A DNA stretch of 54,797 nt, from the NCBI GenBank assembly GCA_963766075.1, contig CAVYAN010000093.1, positions 1 to 54,797 of the forward strand, written 5' to 3'. Under the pieces are notes generated by a model that was not told where the DNA came from, did no database searches, and saw only the letters and a list, made by a program, of their open reading frames with translations. This DNA comes from an uncultured cyanobacterium. Lineage in GTDB: Bacteria > Cyanobacteriota > Cyanobacteriia > Leptolyngbyales > Leptolyngbyaceae. The stretch's first letter is position 1. Every line of letters begins with the position of its first letter. Positions 19,909-31,236 of the stretch are shown in pieces. A program made the translations under genes and the position numbers.

Positions 19909-21438
19909 CTAGTCCACAGGCTTACGCCCAAAGAGCCATGTCAAGGTTGCCAGTTTATATTTCACCTCATCCTGGAGCAATTCAGCCGGATAGCGCCATG
20001 CCCAGTTGCCTTCGGCGATGCTGGGATAGTTCATGCGGGCTTCGTTACCCAGGCCCAAGATGTCTTGCATCGGTAGAATGGCCAGGTTGGCCACGGAGGC
20101 CATGGCCAGTCGAATCAAGTCCCAGTGGATGCCGTCATCGCTGACCGTGCCGAGGTAGTTTTTCAGGTTGCCTTTTTCGTAGTCATTGGCGGTGTTGAAC
20201 CAGCCCACGGTGGTGTCGTTGTCGTGGGTGCCCGTGTAGACCACACAGTTACGAGGATAGTTGAAGGGCAGAAAGGCGTTGGCTGGATCGGAACCAAAGG
20301 CAAAGTGCAGCACTTTCATACCGGGGAACTCAAAGCGATCGCGCAACTCTTCCACTTCCGGCGTAATAATGCCTAAATCCTCAGCCAAAATCGGCAGTTC
20401 GCCCAATTCCTGCCGCAGGGTTTCAAAAAACTCATGCCCCGGAGCTTTAACCCAAATCCCCTTCATGGCGGTAGTTTCCCCCCTGGGCACCGCCCAAAAC
20501 GCTTCAAAGCCCCGGAAGTGATCGATGCGAATGTAGTCTACATAGTCGCGTAGTGCCTGAAACCGCTGAATCCACCAGGCAAAATGGGTTTTCTTGAGCT
20601 GTCCCCAGTTATAGGTGGGATTGCCCCAGAGTTGGCCGGTAGCGCTGAAGTAGTCCGGCGGTACACCCGCCATCATGGCAGGTTCCCCAGTGCGGACATC
20701 CAGGGCAAAGTTTTCTGGACGTGCCCAGACATCGGCACTGTCGTGGGCAACATAGATGGGAATGTCTCCGACGATGAAAATGCCTCGGTGATTGGCATAT
20801 TGCCGCAGGTCCGTCCACTGGCGAGAAAATTCAAATTGCAGAAATTTCTGGAAAAAGATGGCATCGGCCAGCCGTTCGGCAGCCTTTTCTAAGGCGAGGG
20901 GGTGACGTTTGGCGAGAGCAGGCTCCCAAACATGCCAACTGGCCCCATTTTGATCGGCCTTCAGCGCCATGAATAGAGCGTAGTCGTCCAGCCAGTAGGC
21001 TTTGTTGGTGCAAAAGCTGGTAAATTCTTGCTTTTGCTGAGGCGAGGCATTGAGATAGATTTTGAAATGATTGCAGGCCTTCTGTAGCAAGGGCATCTTA
21101 AACTCGGCCACCCGATCGTACTCGACGCGATCGCTCGGAAAGTCTGGCATGCCATGGAAATCGTCATGGGACAAGAGGTTGCGATCGCAGAGAATCTCTA
21201 GACTGATCAGCAGCGGATTGCCAGCCATCGCTGAATAGCACATGTAGGGCGAATTACCAAATCCCGTCGGCCCCAACGGCAACACCTGCCAGACTTGCTG
21301 ACCACTGCTGGCTAAAAAATCGAGAAACTGTCGTGCCCCCGGACCCAAATCGCCAATACCAAACGCACTCGGGAAGGAGGTGGGATGCAGCAAAACACCA
21401 CTAATGCGGCAATGATTCAGAACGGGTTTGGACGACAT
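19909..21438 (-). CDS. malQ: 4-alpha-glucanotransferase (amylomaltase, GH77)
   Basis: SGVLLHPTS, GVPPDYFSATGQLWGNP, RIDHFRG, AEDLG, YTGTHDNDT. Confidence 0.97.
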   Translation of the reverse strand: MSSKPVLNHCRISGVLLHPTSFPSAFGIGDLGPGARQFLDFLASSGQQVWQVLPLGPTGFGNSPYMCYSAMAGNPLLISLEILCDRNLLSHDDFHGMPDFPSDRVEYDRVAEFKMPLLQKACNHFKIYLNASPQQKQEFTSFCTNKAYWLDDYALFMALKADQNGASWHVWEPALAKRHPLALEKAAERLADAIFFQKFLQFEFSRQWTDLRQYANHRGIFIVGDIPIYVAHDSADVWARPENFALDVRTGEPAMMAGVPPDYFSATGQLWGNPTYNWGQLKKTHFAWWIQRFQALRDYVDYIRIDHFRGFEAFWAVPRGETTAMKGIWVKAPGHEFFETLRQELGELPILAEDLGIITPEVEELRDRFEFPGMKVLHFAFGSDPANAFLPFNYPRNCVVYTGTHDNDTTVGWFNTANDYEKGNLKNYLGTVSDDGIHWDLIRLAMASVANLAILPMQDILGLGNEARMNYPSIAEGNWAWRYPAELLQDEVKYKLATLTWLFGRKPVD

Positions 21439-21639
21439 GATGTTGGCTTAGAAATACAGCCTATAGAGTACAGGGGAATGGGGTGGGCCGACAGATCAAT
21501 TTGTAACCAACAATTTGTAACCTGGTTTTTTCACGCAAAAGGAAACCTTTCCGTGATTTTTATTTAATTCTTCTCATAGTAAATAATGCTAGCCAACGCC
21601 AGTTGTCTGAGCCGGACTAACCCAGTCGAGACCACCGCA

Positions 21640-22158
21640 TTACCGAACTTGGGCTTGTTTGCTGTGCAGCACTGTCAAGGCTTGGGGTAAATTCAGCAGG
21701 AAAATAGTAGTTAGCTTGCCCGCCACTCCCGGCACAACAGCAACGTGACTCGCCATATGGTCCATGGTCTGGGCCGTGTGGGCTGGGAGACTGCGTAAAT
21801 TAGACAGGTTCAATTCCATCAGATTCGGCGGTTTGCTGACCGGAATGGCACAGACACTCTGGGGTTGTGATTGGGCAATGATCAGAAAAGGTGGCGGCTG
21901 ACTAGGCAGGGTGCGCAGAGCGGCAGGTTTAGTGAGTAATCGGTCTAGATCGAGCACTGTGACCAGTTGTTCGCCCAAATACAGGAAGCCCGCCTGATCA
22001 ACAAACCGGACAAGCGGCGAGGATCGAGCAGTAATTTTGGAGATTGCCGATAAGGGCAAAGCAAAAAGACGGCCACTGGCCTCAAAAACAATGGCGTGAC
22101 AGGATTCTGTTGCCTGTGCCGAAGCAGTGAGCGTGTGATTGAGCAACGATGGAGTCAT
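21640..22158 (-). CDS. CheW-like protein
   Basis: IVFEASGRLFALPL...VTVLDL CheW-type pattern; directly downstream of cheA. Confidence 0.75.
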   Translation of the reverse strand: MTPSLLNHTLTASAQATESCHAIVFEASGRLFALPLSAISKITARSSPLVRFVDQAGFLYLGEQLVTVLDLDRLLTKPAALRTLPSQPPPFLIIAQSQPQSVCAIPVSKPPNLMELNLSNLRSLPAHTAQTMDHMASHVAVVPGVAGKLTTIFLLNLPQALTVLHSKQAQVR

Positions 22159-22195
22159 GGATTTACTCAGACTGGAATTAAATAATGAAGCTCGA

Positions 22196-25100
22196 TTAGC
22201 CGTGAGTCAGTTGCAGTAGATCACTCAAGATAGATAGTAAATCACTATCCGTATAGGGTTTTGTGAGATAGTGGGCCGCACCCAGTTGAGTGGCCATTTG
22301 GCGATATTTTTCTGTACTGCGCGAAGTTAGCATAATTACAGGAATTCCATGCAGCCGGGGATCTTGGCGCGATTGACTGAGAAACTCAAAGCCATTCAGA
22401 CCGGGCATCTCTATATCACAAATAATTAAATCAATCGTGCCGGGATGCTGGCGTAGATAGACCAATGCTTCTAGGCCATCCCCAGCCTGGGAAACTTTAT
22501 AGCCTGCTTTTTGTAAACTCAACGTCACCGTTTGCCGAAGGGTAAAGGAATCATCGACAACGAGAACATGATTGGCTGATGTCAGAGAGCTACTGGGAGC
22601 AGCAGGCCGGGGCACATTTGCTGGCACTGGGTTGATCGTGGGGTTTTCGGATGGTAGCCTTTCAGCGGCTAGCCTGCTGCCCCGTTCTCGCTGATTCAGC
22701 AAGGCTTCCGGATCAATCACGATCGCCAACTGACTATTGCTCAAGGTACAGCAGCCATATACATAGGGCGGTGGAGCAATTTCTGATTCCAGCGATCGAA
22801 TGACCAACTCCTGTTCACCGACCACTTGATCCACCTGCAACCCACTGAAGCCTTTGGCAGTGCGCAGAATCACCACCGCCTCCATCACCGCTGATTCTGA
22901 CCTCCCAGACTGTTTGCCCCACCGCTGGCTGCCCCATCGCCGACTTAAGGGGGAATACTGGACGAGATCGGATAGCGGCTGTACAGGAATTTCGTAATCC
23001 TGCTGATCGTGCTGCCAGTCTAGAACCGCACGTTGGCTTTGGCTGAGGTGGCTTTGGTGGCTTGACTCTGTGGGTGCGATCTCCGGAGCTTTAATCTGGT
23101 TAGCAATAGGTCGCACCACTTGTTCGATGACATTCACAGGCAGAGCATAGGACACTCCATTGGTTTGACACACGAGCAACTTAGTAATGGTTAAGGACAG
23201 GGGCAGTTGCAGTGAAAATGTTGTCCCTTTTAGCGGGGTTGACTGGACAGAAACGGAGCCTCTGAGGGAATGAAGCTGAGAACGGACCACATCCAACCCC
23301 ACCCCGCGTCCAGACAAATCACTAATCTGAGCCGCCGTGGAAAATCCAGGTTCAAAGAGCAGATCCAGAATTTGATGGGGGTTGAGGTGCCGGCATTGCG
23401 CCTCTGTAATCAGATTTAATTCCACTCCCTTCTGGGCCATCCGCCGGAGGTCGATCCCGCGTCCATCATCCCGAATTTCAATCACGGTCCGATTGCCTTG
23501 GTGGTACGCCTGGATTTCAATTTTACCGACCTTGGGCTTGCCCTGGGCCAGACGCACATCCGGGGACTCAATGCCATGATCAAAGGCATTGCGCAGCAAA
23601 TGGAGCAAGGGGTCGTAGAGTTTTTCCACCACAGCCTTATCTACGAGCACATCCGCGCCCCCTAAGCTCAGCTCTACTGGCTTATCGTAACTGGAGGCTA
23701 ATTGCTGGAGGACTCGGGGAAAGCGGTTGAGCAATTCGCCCAGAGGCTGCATCCGAACATTGGTGAGATCATCCCGCAGATGGGTTAAAAGACGCTGCTG
23801 GGTTTTAATGCTGCGCTTGGATTGCTTTGTGAGTTGATCCACGGCTTCGGCTAAGGCTTCCACCTGGTGGGCATCCTCTAGGGCGGATTGCAGCATGATA
23901 TCCAGTTCGCTGTACCGATCCAGTTCTAACGCATCAAAGTTGGCCAGGGGCAACGGGCAGAATGGGATGAGGGGGTTGAGAACAGCCGGTTGCAATGGGC
24001 CGGAGTGGCTTGTCAGTTCACGGTGAGGCAGCGGCGTGGTTGGTGGGTTGCCTGGGCGTGTGCGGTGGGTGGTGTGGGCCGATAGATCCCGCAACTCGTA
24101 CACGGTTTGCTGAAACTTTTTAAGGCGTTTGACCAGGGATTGCAAAATTGATCGCTGCTGTTCGTCTTGATTGAATTGCGTGTTTTGCCCAATTAACAGT
24201 TCTCCCGCCAAATAGTTCATGCGCTCTAACTGAGCCAAGTCCACCCGAATGGAGGACGCGATCGCCTCTTTCCCCCGAGCATTCCCCTCAGGCGCATTCA
24301 CATAGGATTGCCACTGGCTAGAAGATTTTTCCACGGGAAAGAAATTACTGGTCGGGAAAGAATCCTCCTCGGAGGCCGTGCCTGAAACCTCATAGACATG
24401 GGGTAAATCCTGGGAGTCAGGGGGATGAAATGCGTGAGGCTCTGGGGAGAAATCTAACGATTCTAGGCTGGGAAACTGTACAGTTTCCTCTGCGGAGCGG
24501 GACAACGGGGTAAATTCAGACTTCGCACTGACTGGCGGCGACGGCGGGGTGGTGGCGACGGGGCTATACTGTCCAAACAATTCATCCAGGCTTAACTCGC
24601 TACTGTGATCTGGACTAGTCGGAGCCGGAGCCACTGCCGCTGCGGCAGTGGCATCTGCTGCAAATAAGTCCGCCAATGAATCGAAGTTTGCCGCGATCGT
24701 TGCCGAGGCGTTATGAAGCATCACATCCCCATCCCCAATGCCTTGGACGACTTCAGAATGCTTGTGCAGATCGGGGAGATTGCCGCCTACTGCGAATTGG
24801 CGGAGGGCGGCAGAGGGTGCTCCTCCCTGGACCCGATCGCCCGCCAAAACGGCCACTTGGCCTGCCGAAAAATCCTTGAGGGCCAGTTCGGCGATCTCAA
24901 CGGCTCGATGTGGATGCAGGTTGAGGGCCGTCAGCGTAATTTGGGCGATCGCACTAAATCCGGGCAAATTCAAGGATTCTGCTAACCCCAGCAGCACCTC
25001 GCAGCGATCGCGCATTTCTGCCCCAATCTGTTGCGGATCCGGAGCCATCAGCAAATTTTCGATATCCTGCAACCGTTGACTGACCCCCACCTGGAACATA

Positions 25101-25567
25101 TTTTCAACAACGTCGAAGCCCAAGTCAGCAGAGGTCGGCAGTGCTGCATTGCCAGCAAAACAGTCACCCAACTTTGCCTGAAGCTGAGCAATTACCGCAG
25201 CTACCCGATTCAAAATCTCGGTTTCATCCACTTGCCCCCCCCGCACTTCCGCCATCAGCGGCAACCGCAAGCACTCATAGCCCTGAAATAACAGTGACTC
25301 GACTTCGGCATCAATCACCGCCCCCGGATTCATCAATGCTGTAAACACATCCTCAAGGACATGCGCTACGTTTTTAATCGTTTCTTGCTCCACACTCGCC
25401 GCCCCACCCTTCAGCGTATGGGCCGCCCGCATCATGTTGTGAATCTTGGCCCGGATATTGCCCTCCCGCAAACTCAGTAAATCCTGCTCAATCGACTGGA
25501 GCAAATCCTGAGCCTCGGTCAGGAAGTAGCCATAAACCTGTTCGCGCATCACCGGATCAAGAGTCAT
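22196..25567 (-). CDS. Hybrid CheA histidine kinase (Hpt-dimerisation-HATPase-CheW-REC)
   Basis: MRAAHTLKG, HLLRNAFDHGIE, DDGRGID, SGRGVGLDVV, C-terminal VDDS...CDIEMP receiver. Confidence 0.95.
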   Translation of the reverse strand: MTLDPVMREQVYGYFLTEAQDLLQSIEQDLLSLREGNIRAKIHNMMRAAHTLKGGAASVEQETIKNVAHVLEDVFTALMNPGAVIDAEVESLLFQGYECLRLPLMAEVRGGQVDETEILNRVAAVIAQLQAKLGDCFAGNAALPTSADLGFDVVENMFQVGVSQRLQDIENLLMAPDPQQIGAEMRDRCEVLLGLAESLNLPGFSAIAQITLTALNLHPHRAVEIAELALKDFSAGQVAVLAGDRVQGGAPSAALRQFAVGGNLPDLHKHSEVVQGIGDGDVMLHNASATIAANFDSLADLFAADATAAAAVAPAPTSPDHSSELSLDELFGQYSPVATTPPSPPVSAKSEFTPLSRSAEETVQFPSLESLDFSPEPHAFHPPDSQDLPHVYEVSGTASEEDSFPTSNFFPVEKSSSQWQSYVNAPEGNARGKEAIASSIRVDLAQLERMNYLAGELLIGQNTQFNQDEQQRSILQSLVKRLKKFQQTVYELRDLSAHTTHRTRPGNPPTTPLPHRELTSHSGPLQPAVLNPLIPFCPLPLANFDALELDRYSELDIMLQSALEDAHQVEALAEAVDQLTKQSKRSIKTQQRLLTHLRDDLTNVRMQPLGELLNRFPRVLQQLASSYDKPVELSLGGADVLVDKAVVEKLYDPLLHLLRNAFDHGIESPDVRLAQGKPKVGKIEIQAYHQGNRTVIEIRDDGRGIDLRRMAQKGVELNLITEAQCRHLNPHQILDLLFEPGFSTAAQISDLSGRGVGLDVVRSQLHSLRGSVSVQSTPLKGTTFSLQLPLSLTITKLLVCQTNGVSYALPVNVIEQVVRPIANQIKAPEIAPTESSHQSHLSQSQRAVLDWQHDQQDYEIPVQPLSDLVQYSPLSRRWGSQRWGKQSGRSESAVMEAVVILRTAKGFSGLQVDQVVGEQELVIRSLESEIAPPPYVYGCCTLSNSQLAIVIDPEALLNQRERGSRLAAERLPSENPTINPVPANVPRPAAPSSSLTSANHVLVVDDSFTLRQTVTLSLQKAGYKVSQAGDGLEALVYLRQHPGTIDLIICDIEMPGLNGFEFLSQSRQDPRLHGIPVIMLTSRSTEKYRQMATQLGAAHYLTKPYTDSDLLSILSDLLQLTHG

Positions 25568-25620
25568 GGGTTGGGGGGAGGGGGAGGGGGTGAACAAAAG
25601 TCTAGGAAGGGGGAAGGCAA

Positions 25621-25666
25621 AATTAAAAAGGCAAAATTAAAAATCTTTAATTTTGCCTTTTTAATT
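25621..25666. terminator. Perfect 21-bp inverted repeat between the MCP and cheA genes (hairpin; terminator or stability element)
   Basis: aattaaaaaggcaaaattaaa-aatc-tttaattttgcctttttaatt. Confidence 0.55.
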
Positions 25667-25671
25667 GTCTC

Positions 25672-28600
25672 TTAGCTGACTTTGAATTGGCCAACACTGG
25701 ATTGGAGTTCTTCGGCTGTGTCTAGGAGTTCCTGGAAGGAGGCTGAGATTTGTACGGAGTCGGCGGAGGTTTTGTTGGCGATTTCGGCGACGTTGGTCAT
25801 CGTTTGGGTGACGGATTGGGACTGTTGGTTTTGGGCTTGGGTGGCTTGGGTGATGCCTTGGACTAATTCGCTAATTTGGGCGGTGGCGGCGACGATTGCA
25901 TTCAAGCTTTGGCGGGTTTCGTTGACCAGGGTGGTGCCACTCACCACTTGCTCAATCCCCATGTCCATGGCGGTGGCGACGGCACTGGTTTCAGCTTGAA
26001 TTTCCTGAACCAGGGTTTCGATTTCTGTCGTCGCTTCGGCAGATTGTTCCGCTAGCGATCGCACTTCATCGGCCACCACGGCAAACCCACGCCCATACTC
26101 ACCGGCTCGGGTGGCTTCAATGGCGGCATTCAAGGCCAGCAACTGCGTTTGAGTGGTGAAGTTGCTAATCAAATTCACCACTTTGGAAATCTTCTGGGAG
26201 GATTCGCTCAGGCGCTTAATCTTTTTACTGGTTTCTGACACCGTACCGCGAATCGTCAGGATGCCATCGACGGTGCGGTTCATCGCTGCATCGCCTTCCC
26301 GGACAATTTGGTTGGCTTGCTGGACGGCTTCCTCCACCTGTTGGGCGTTGGCAGACACGGCTTCGGTGGCATCCACCATGGACTGAATTTGGCTGAGGGC
26401 GTAGGTCAGTTCCTGGAATTCCTGCTGGGCCTGTTCCGACAGCTCGGAAATAGCGGTACTGCTGCTCCGAGAGGTTTGCCCCACCTTGGCAGCGGCAGCT
26501 TGCACCTGCATGACGATTTTGCGCAGGGAATTGAGCGTGCTGTTGTAGGCATTGGCAATGGTTCCGACTTCGTCATCTGTGACGGGAGCCCGCACGGTCA
26601 AATCACCTTCCGAAGCCGGACGCACAGCACTCAGAAGTTGTACCGCCCGCTGCTGAATTTGCTCCTTCGCGGCTTTTTCCCGCTTTGCCGCTTCGGCCAA
26701 CTGCTCAGACTGGGTTTGCAATTGTTCTAAATATTCCGCTTGCTGGAGCACGATCCCCAACTGGGTGGAGACCTGCACCAGTAGGTTGATTTCACCTTCT
26801 TCCCACAGGCGCGGTTCTGTATTTTGATAGGTGACTAACAATCCCCAGAGTTGTTCCCCCTTAAACAAGGGAGCAATCATATACGCCTTGCTACCCCACT
26901 GTTCCAGCAGCTCCAAATCAAAGGTTAATTCATCGGCTTTGGTGACATCACTGACCGCGCTGGCTTCACCTTTACGATACTTGCCGCCACGCGTTTCCTG
27001 CAAGGCCGGATCGGCAACAAAGGCAGCCTCTGTACCCGCAAGGCGCAGATAGCCATTGCCCACATCTTCAATTGTGAAAGTACCGGTCCAGTCGGCATTA
27101 AAGCGGTAAACGGCGACGCGATCGGCCTTGAGCAGTTGCCGCAGTTCTTGGGTAATCGTGCGGAATAAGGTGTCAGGATTCAGGGTCTTAAGCTGCAAGC
27201 GCTCGATGATGCGTTGCCCAATCTTGTAAATTAGTCGGATAAAGTTGGTTTCCCGTTCGGCGAGTTTAGCTAATTGTTCTGACTGCTCCCGCACTTGCTC
27301 CAAATAATCGACCTGCCGCAGCGCGGCACCGACCTGAACACCAATGTGTAATAGGCCATCGACCTCCACTTCTTCCCACTCGCGGGGGCCGCTATTTTGA
27401 TAAACGCCCAACAATCCCCAGAGCTTCTGGTTTAGAAAAATTGGCGCAATCATATAAGACCGAGCCTGCATTTGTTCCAGCAATTCCACATGGCATGGAG
27501 CGTGCCCAGCCGTATAAATATCATTGACCACAATATGGCCATTGTCTTTGTAGCGTCCCCCTTCGGTATCTTGGAGATGGCTGTCTTCAATCACCGGCAC
27601 AATGTCTAATAACCGTGACCAGCCTGTTGCCGCTGCTTCCGCCACAAAATAGCCCGTCCAGTCGGGATTGAATCGGTAGATGGCCACCCGATCGCACTTT
27701 AAGACATTTCGCAAATCCTGGGTCGTGATTTTGTGGATTTGCTCCACATCCATCGCCCGCAACAGGCGACTGGTCATCCGGGCGATCGCCCGTTCCCGGT
27801 TCACTTGCCGCCCCAGTTTGTCCGTTTGCTGCTGAATTTGGGATAGGGATTCGGCCTGTTGCAGTGCTACGCCCAGGGGACCACCCACTTGCAGCATCAC
27901 AGAAATTTCCGATTCATCCCAGTGACGTGTCCCGGAATTTTGATAGGCTGCCAACAGCCCCCAGAGGGTTTCCCCCTGGAAAATGGGCGTAATCACATAG
28001 GCACGACAACCCATTTTTTCCAAGGATTCCAGATAGCACTGGGAAAAGTTCATGGCGTAAATATCACTCACTGCCCGGAAGCGATAGTCGCCCTTGGCAT
28101 AGCCACCCCCCTTGGTTTCGCGCAGATAGCTGTCCGCATCCAGGTTAGGAGCAGCGGTCAGATCCTTCAGAATACACCGCTCACTCGTTGTGGCTTGATT
28201 CACCTTCAAGCTGGCATCGGTTTCCTGGGCACTCAGAATCGACACCCAACCCGCCCCAATCGATTCAGCCACCAGTTCGCCGCTCCAATCGGGATTAAAG
28301 CGGTAAATACCAACACGATCGCAGTTCAAAAGCTGCCGCAATTCCTGGGTCGTTGTCCGGAAAATCGTGTAAATATCCAAGGATTGCCGGATCTTATCCA
28401 GAATCTTGGCCGCCGCCCGCTCCCGTGCTGCCGCTTTTTTGACCTGGGCCGCTTGCTCTTGCACCTGCAGGACATATTCCGCTTGTTGCAAAGCCAATCC
28501 CAAGGGACCCGCAATCCGGAGCAACAGGGCAATTTCCGGGTCTAACCATTCCCGGACCCCAGAATTTTGGTAAATCGCCAGTAAGCCCCACAGCTTATCG

Positions 28601-29922
28601 CCCTGGAAGATCGGTACGATGATGTAGGCGCGACAGCCCATTTTTTCGAGCGTGCGCAGATAGCAAGACGAAAAGCCCATGGCATAAATATCGTTGGCTT
28701 TGCGATAGCGATCGCCCCGCGCATAGGCTCCCCCCTTCGTTTCCTTCAGATAGGTGTCTGTATCCAGGTTTGCGGCTTTGGTCAAGTCTTTCAGAAAGCA
28801 GCGATCGCTGGTCGTCGTCGCATTTGTTTTCAGACTGGCATCCTGGGCCTGGGCATCTAAAATCGAAGTCCAACCCGGTCCGACCGATTCAGCCACCAGT
28901 TCCCCACTCCAGTCAGGATTAAAGCGGTAAATACCAACGCGATCGCAGTTCAACAATTCGCGAACTTCTGAAGTTGTCGTCCGGAAAATGTCGTAGATAT
29001 CGAGGGATTGACGAATGCGATCGACAATGCGAGTCAGAATCCGATCTTCCTGAACTTGCTTTTGCAATTGGCTCTGGAATTCTGCCGGTTGTAGCCCTAG
29101 CATTAATTCTGTCGCAACTTGTGTGATTAAGTTAACCTCGACTTCCTGCCAAATTCGACTTTGACGACATTGCTGGGCAATCAATAACCCCCAGGCTTTG
29201 CCATCAAGTAAAATCGGGACCGCGAGATTGGCCTTCACCTGATATTTTTCTAAAAGCTGAACTTGATATGGCGAGAGAGAAGTTTCATAAATATCATCAA
29301 TCGCAATGATGGATCGCCGCTGATAATCCTCGGCTTTGTCAGCACCAAAAACCAAAGCGGGCAGAGTCTCTCCCAGCATCGGCGTCCAACCCAAAGTCAT
29401 CGCTTCTGACTGAACAATGCCTTTGCCCTCATCGGTGAAGCGATAGATCAAAACGCGGTCAGCTTGAAAAGCCTCTTGGAGGTTCGTCACTGCCACCTTG
29501 AACAGGGACTCAATATCTGACAGTTGCCGCAGTTGCTGGGCGATCGCCATCGCCCGCTGCCGATTGGCGCGGAGCTGTTGCTGCACCGTTCCGGAAAGAT
29601 CTCCTGTAGTGCCGGCTGGCGGGGCTTCCACCAGCTTAATAATGTGCTGTAGAGTCTGCCGCACTTCTGGCTTCTGCCACAACCCCGCTTGTTCCAGTTC
29701 CGCTTTAATCGCCAAAATTGCCGGGTCTACCTGCCGCAAATCTGCCGCGCTGGTGGCTCCAGCACCCACAGGCCCTGAATGCAGAGACGGTGATGCGAGG
29801 GGATCCCGACTGGGAGATATTCCTGCTGCCGTTGCCATGCCAGACTGTCCATTGGTGCTGCCATTGCCACCTGCACCGTGGGGCTGATTCTCCGCGAAAT
29901 CGTTAGGGTTCATGCTGGTCAT
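25672..29922 (-). CDS. Soluble multi-GAF cyanobacteriochrome methyl-accepting phototaxis receptor (PtxD/PixJ-like)
   Basis: Five DRVxIYRF GAF repeats, HAMP-like [13 protein letters not shown] hairpin [28 protein letters not shown]; no TM helix evident. Confidence 0.93.
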   Translation of the reverse strand: MTSMNPNDFAENQPHGAGGNGSTNGQSGMATAAGISPSRDPLASPSLHSGPVGAGATSAADLRQVDPAILAIKAELEQAGLWQKPEVRQTLQHIIKLVEAPPAGTTGDLSGTVQQQLRANRQRAMAIAQQLRQLSDIESLFKVAVTNLQEAFQADRVLIYRFTDEGKGIVQSEAMTLGWTPMLGETLPALVFGADKAEDYQRRSIIAIDDIYETSLSPYQVQLLEKYQVKANLAVPILLDGKAWGLLIAQQCRQSRIWQEVEVNLITQVATELMLGLQPAEFQSQLQKQVQEDRILTRIVDRIRQSLDIYDIFRTTTSEVRELLNCDRVGIYRFNPDWSGELVAESVGPGWTSILDAQAQDASLKTNATTTSDRCFLKDLTKAANLDTDTYLKETKGGAYARGDRYRKANDIYAMGFSSCYLRTLEKMGCRAYIIVPIFQGDKLWGLLAIYQNSGVREWLDPEIALLLRIAGPLGLALQQAEYVLQVQEQAAQVKKAAARERAAAKILDKIRQSLDIYTIFRTTTQELRQLLNCDRVGIYRFNPDWSGELVAESIGAGWVSILSAQETDASLKVNQATTSERCILKDLTAAPNLDADSYLRETKGGGYAKGDYRFRAVSDIYAMNFSQCYLESLEKMGCRAYVITPIFQGETLWGLLAAYQNSGTRHWDESEISVMLQVGGPLGVALQQAESLSQIQQQTDKLGRQVNRERAIARMTSRLLRAMDVEQIHKITTQDLRNVLKCDRVAIYRFNPDWTGYFVAEAAATGWSRLLDIVPVIEDSHLQDTEGGRYKDNGHIVVNDIYTAGHAPCHVELLEQMQARSYMIAPIFLNQKLWGLLGVYQNSGPREWEEVEVDGLLHIGVQVGAALRQVDYLEQVREQSEQLAKLAERETNFIRLIYKIGQRIIERLQLKTLNPDTLFRTITQELRQLLKADRVAVYRFNADWTGTFTIEDVGNGYLRLAGTEAAFVADPALQETRGGKYRKGEASAVSDVTKADELTFDLELLEQWGSKAYMIAPLFKGEQLWGLLVTYQNTEPRLWEEGEINLLVQVSTQLGIVLQQAEYLEQLQTQSEQLAEAAKREKAAKEQIQQRAVQLLSAVRPASEGDLTVRAPVTDDEVGTIANAYNSTLNSLRKIVMQVQAAAAKVGQTSRSSSTAISELSEQAQQEFQELTYALSQIQSMVDATEAVSANAQQVEEAVQQANQIVREGDAAMNRTVDGILTIRGTVSETSKKIKRLSESSQKISKVVNLISNFTTQTQLLALNAAIEATRAGEYGRGFAVVADEVRSLAEQSAEATTEIETLVQEIQAETSAVATAMDMGIEQVVSGTTLVNETRQSLNAIVAATAQISELVQGITQATQAQNQQSQSVTQTMTNVAEIANKTSADSVQISASFQELLDTAEELQSSVGQFKVS

Positions 29923-30032
29923 GGGTGAGTACTCCGTTCAGGCAAAAAAGGAAAACTGAGGGTTGATTGCTAACTCGGCGTCTGTAAAAAGACCATGAAG
30001 AGATAGTCCAAGCTTAGAGTGGACACAATTGC

Positions 30033-30075
30033 CACAAAAGCCACAGCATTTGGGAAAATGGGCTGTGGCCTTTGT
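30033..30075. other. Imperfect inverted repeat in the 288-bp cheW-MCP spacer
   Basis: acaaaagccacagc ... gctgtggcctttgt. Confidence 0.5.
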
Positions 30076-30209
30076 CGTGTTCCTGATGTGGATGAATTAA
30101 AAATGGAAACCTCTGGAGGATCGCTAATTTTCAATAGCACTCTGTGTCGCTACACAAGAGCATTTTTAATAACATGTCTGCCGCGTTGCTAGAGCTTTGT
30201 TTAATTACC

Positions 30210-31190
30210 CTACCCCGCCAGAGTAGCGCTGTGCACTCTTAAGGCTGGATCCTGGATCAGCGCGCTGACTTGCAAGACAGGACTACTGGAACGAGTCAAG
30301 TAGCCTTTCATAAACGGCAGGAGTTGGGCTGAGAATAGCTCGGCTGAGGGTGGCTGTAACTGTTGTGGATTGTGGGTCTCAATGCTGCTGACTTGGGGGA
30401 CCATGACCGCTAACGTCCGCGTGGAGTTGGTGGTTGCCTGCTCTTCCTGCAGAACTATCACAGTCACGGCTGTGGGCAAGGGAGCATCCGGCCAGGATAA
30501 AGGAAAGCCCAACTGTTGGCCTAAATCAGCAATCCACAGCATTTCTCCCCGGCAGTTGTACAGTCCCAAAATGCAGTCTGGCATATGGGGCACGGGTAGA
30601 ATTCCGGCGACGGGAATTTTCAAGATTTCCTTGATTGTATTGAGCGGCAATAGGGCGGTTTCGTTGGGACTGAAATAAAACCGCAGAAACTTCTGTTCGG
30701 TGGGAATGGCATCTGGAAACCTTGCTGTTCTGTCCATGGCGGCGGACATTGCCATTCGCTGATTGCCTTTTCCTTGACTTAACCACTCCATCAGGGAGAA
30801 GTTTGTGATGCCTGTATCAGGATTTCCGTTTCCTTCGATGGCATAGTCAACGGTAGCGTCAACGGCATAGTCAATGGTGTAATCAATAACTTCGCGCCAT
30901 GCTGGGGTGGCTTGGTTTTGCTGCCGTCCATAAATGCGTAGTGCCCGCATTTGTCCCAGATCGAGGTTGTCAATGCCCTGCTGAATAAATCGCACCATCG
31001 CCTGCTGGGGGGGGATTTTTTCAGCTTCGAGCAGAACGCCGAGACATTCATCTTTCCAACCGACTTTTGCCGTAATATGGAGCGGTTTCAGGCGGGCGTT
31101 AATCATCCGGGCGATCGCTTTGGGATCGCCTTGCTTCGCCAGGTTTAGGAGTCTTTGGCGATCGGACGGACGTATATCAACCATAGTCAT
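30210..31190 (-). CDS. CheW protein fused to an N-terminal ~100-aa cyanobacterial domain
   Basis: C-terminal ILPVPHMPDCILGLYNCRGEMLWIADL CheW motif; N-terminal LAKQGDPKAIA...IYGRQ...PAW domain. Confidence 0.85.
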   Translation of the reverse strand: MTMVDIRPSDRQRLLNLAKQGDPKAIARMINARLKPLHITAKVGWKDECLGVLLEAEKIPPQQAMVRFIQQGIDNLDLGQMRALRIYGRQQNQATPAWREVIDYTIDYAVDATVDYAIEGNGNPDTGITNFSLMEWLSQGKGNQRMAMSAAMDRTARFPDAIPTEQKFLRFYFSPNETALLPLNTIKEILKIPVAGILPVPHMPDCILGLYNCRGEMLWIADLGQQLGFPLSWPDAPLPTAVTVIVLQEEQATTNSTRTLAVMVPQVSSIETHNPQQLQPPSAELFSAQLLPFMKGYLTRSSSPVLQVSALIQDPALRVHSATLAG

Positions 31191-31236
31191 TTATCCCTTT
31201 GCAGGTAGCGGGTTAAAACTCAGCACGCAAAATGCT

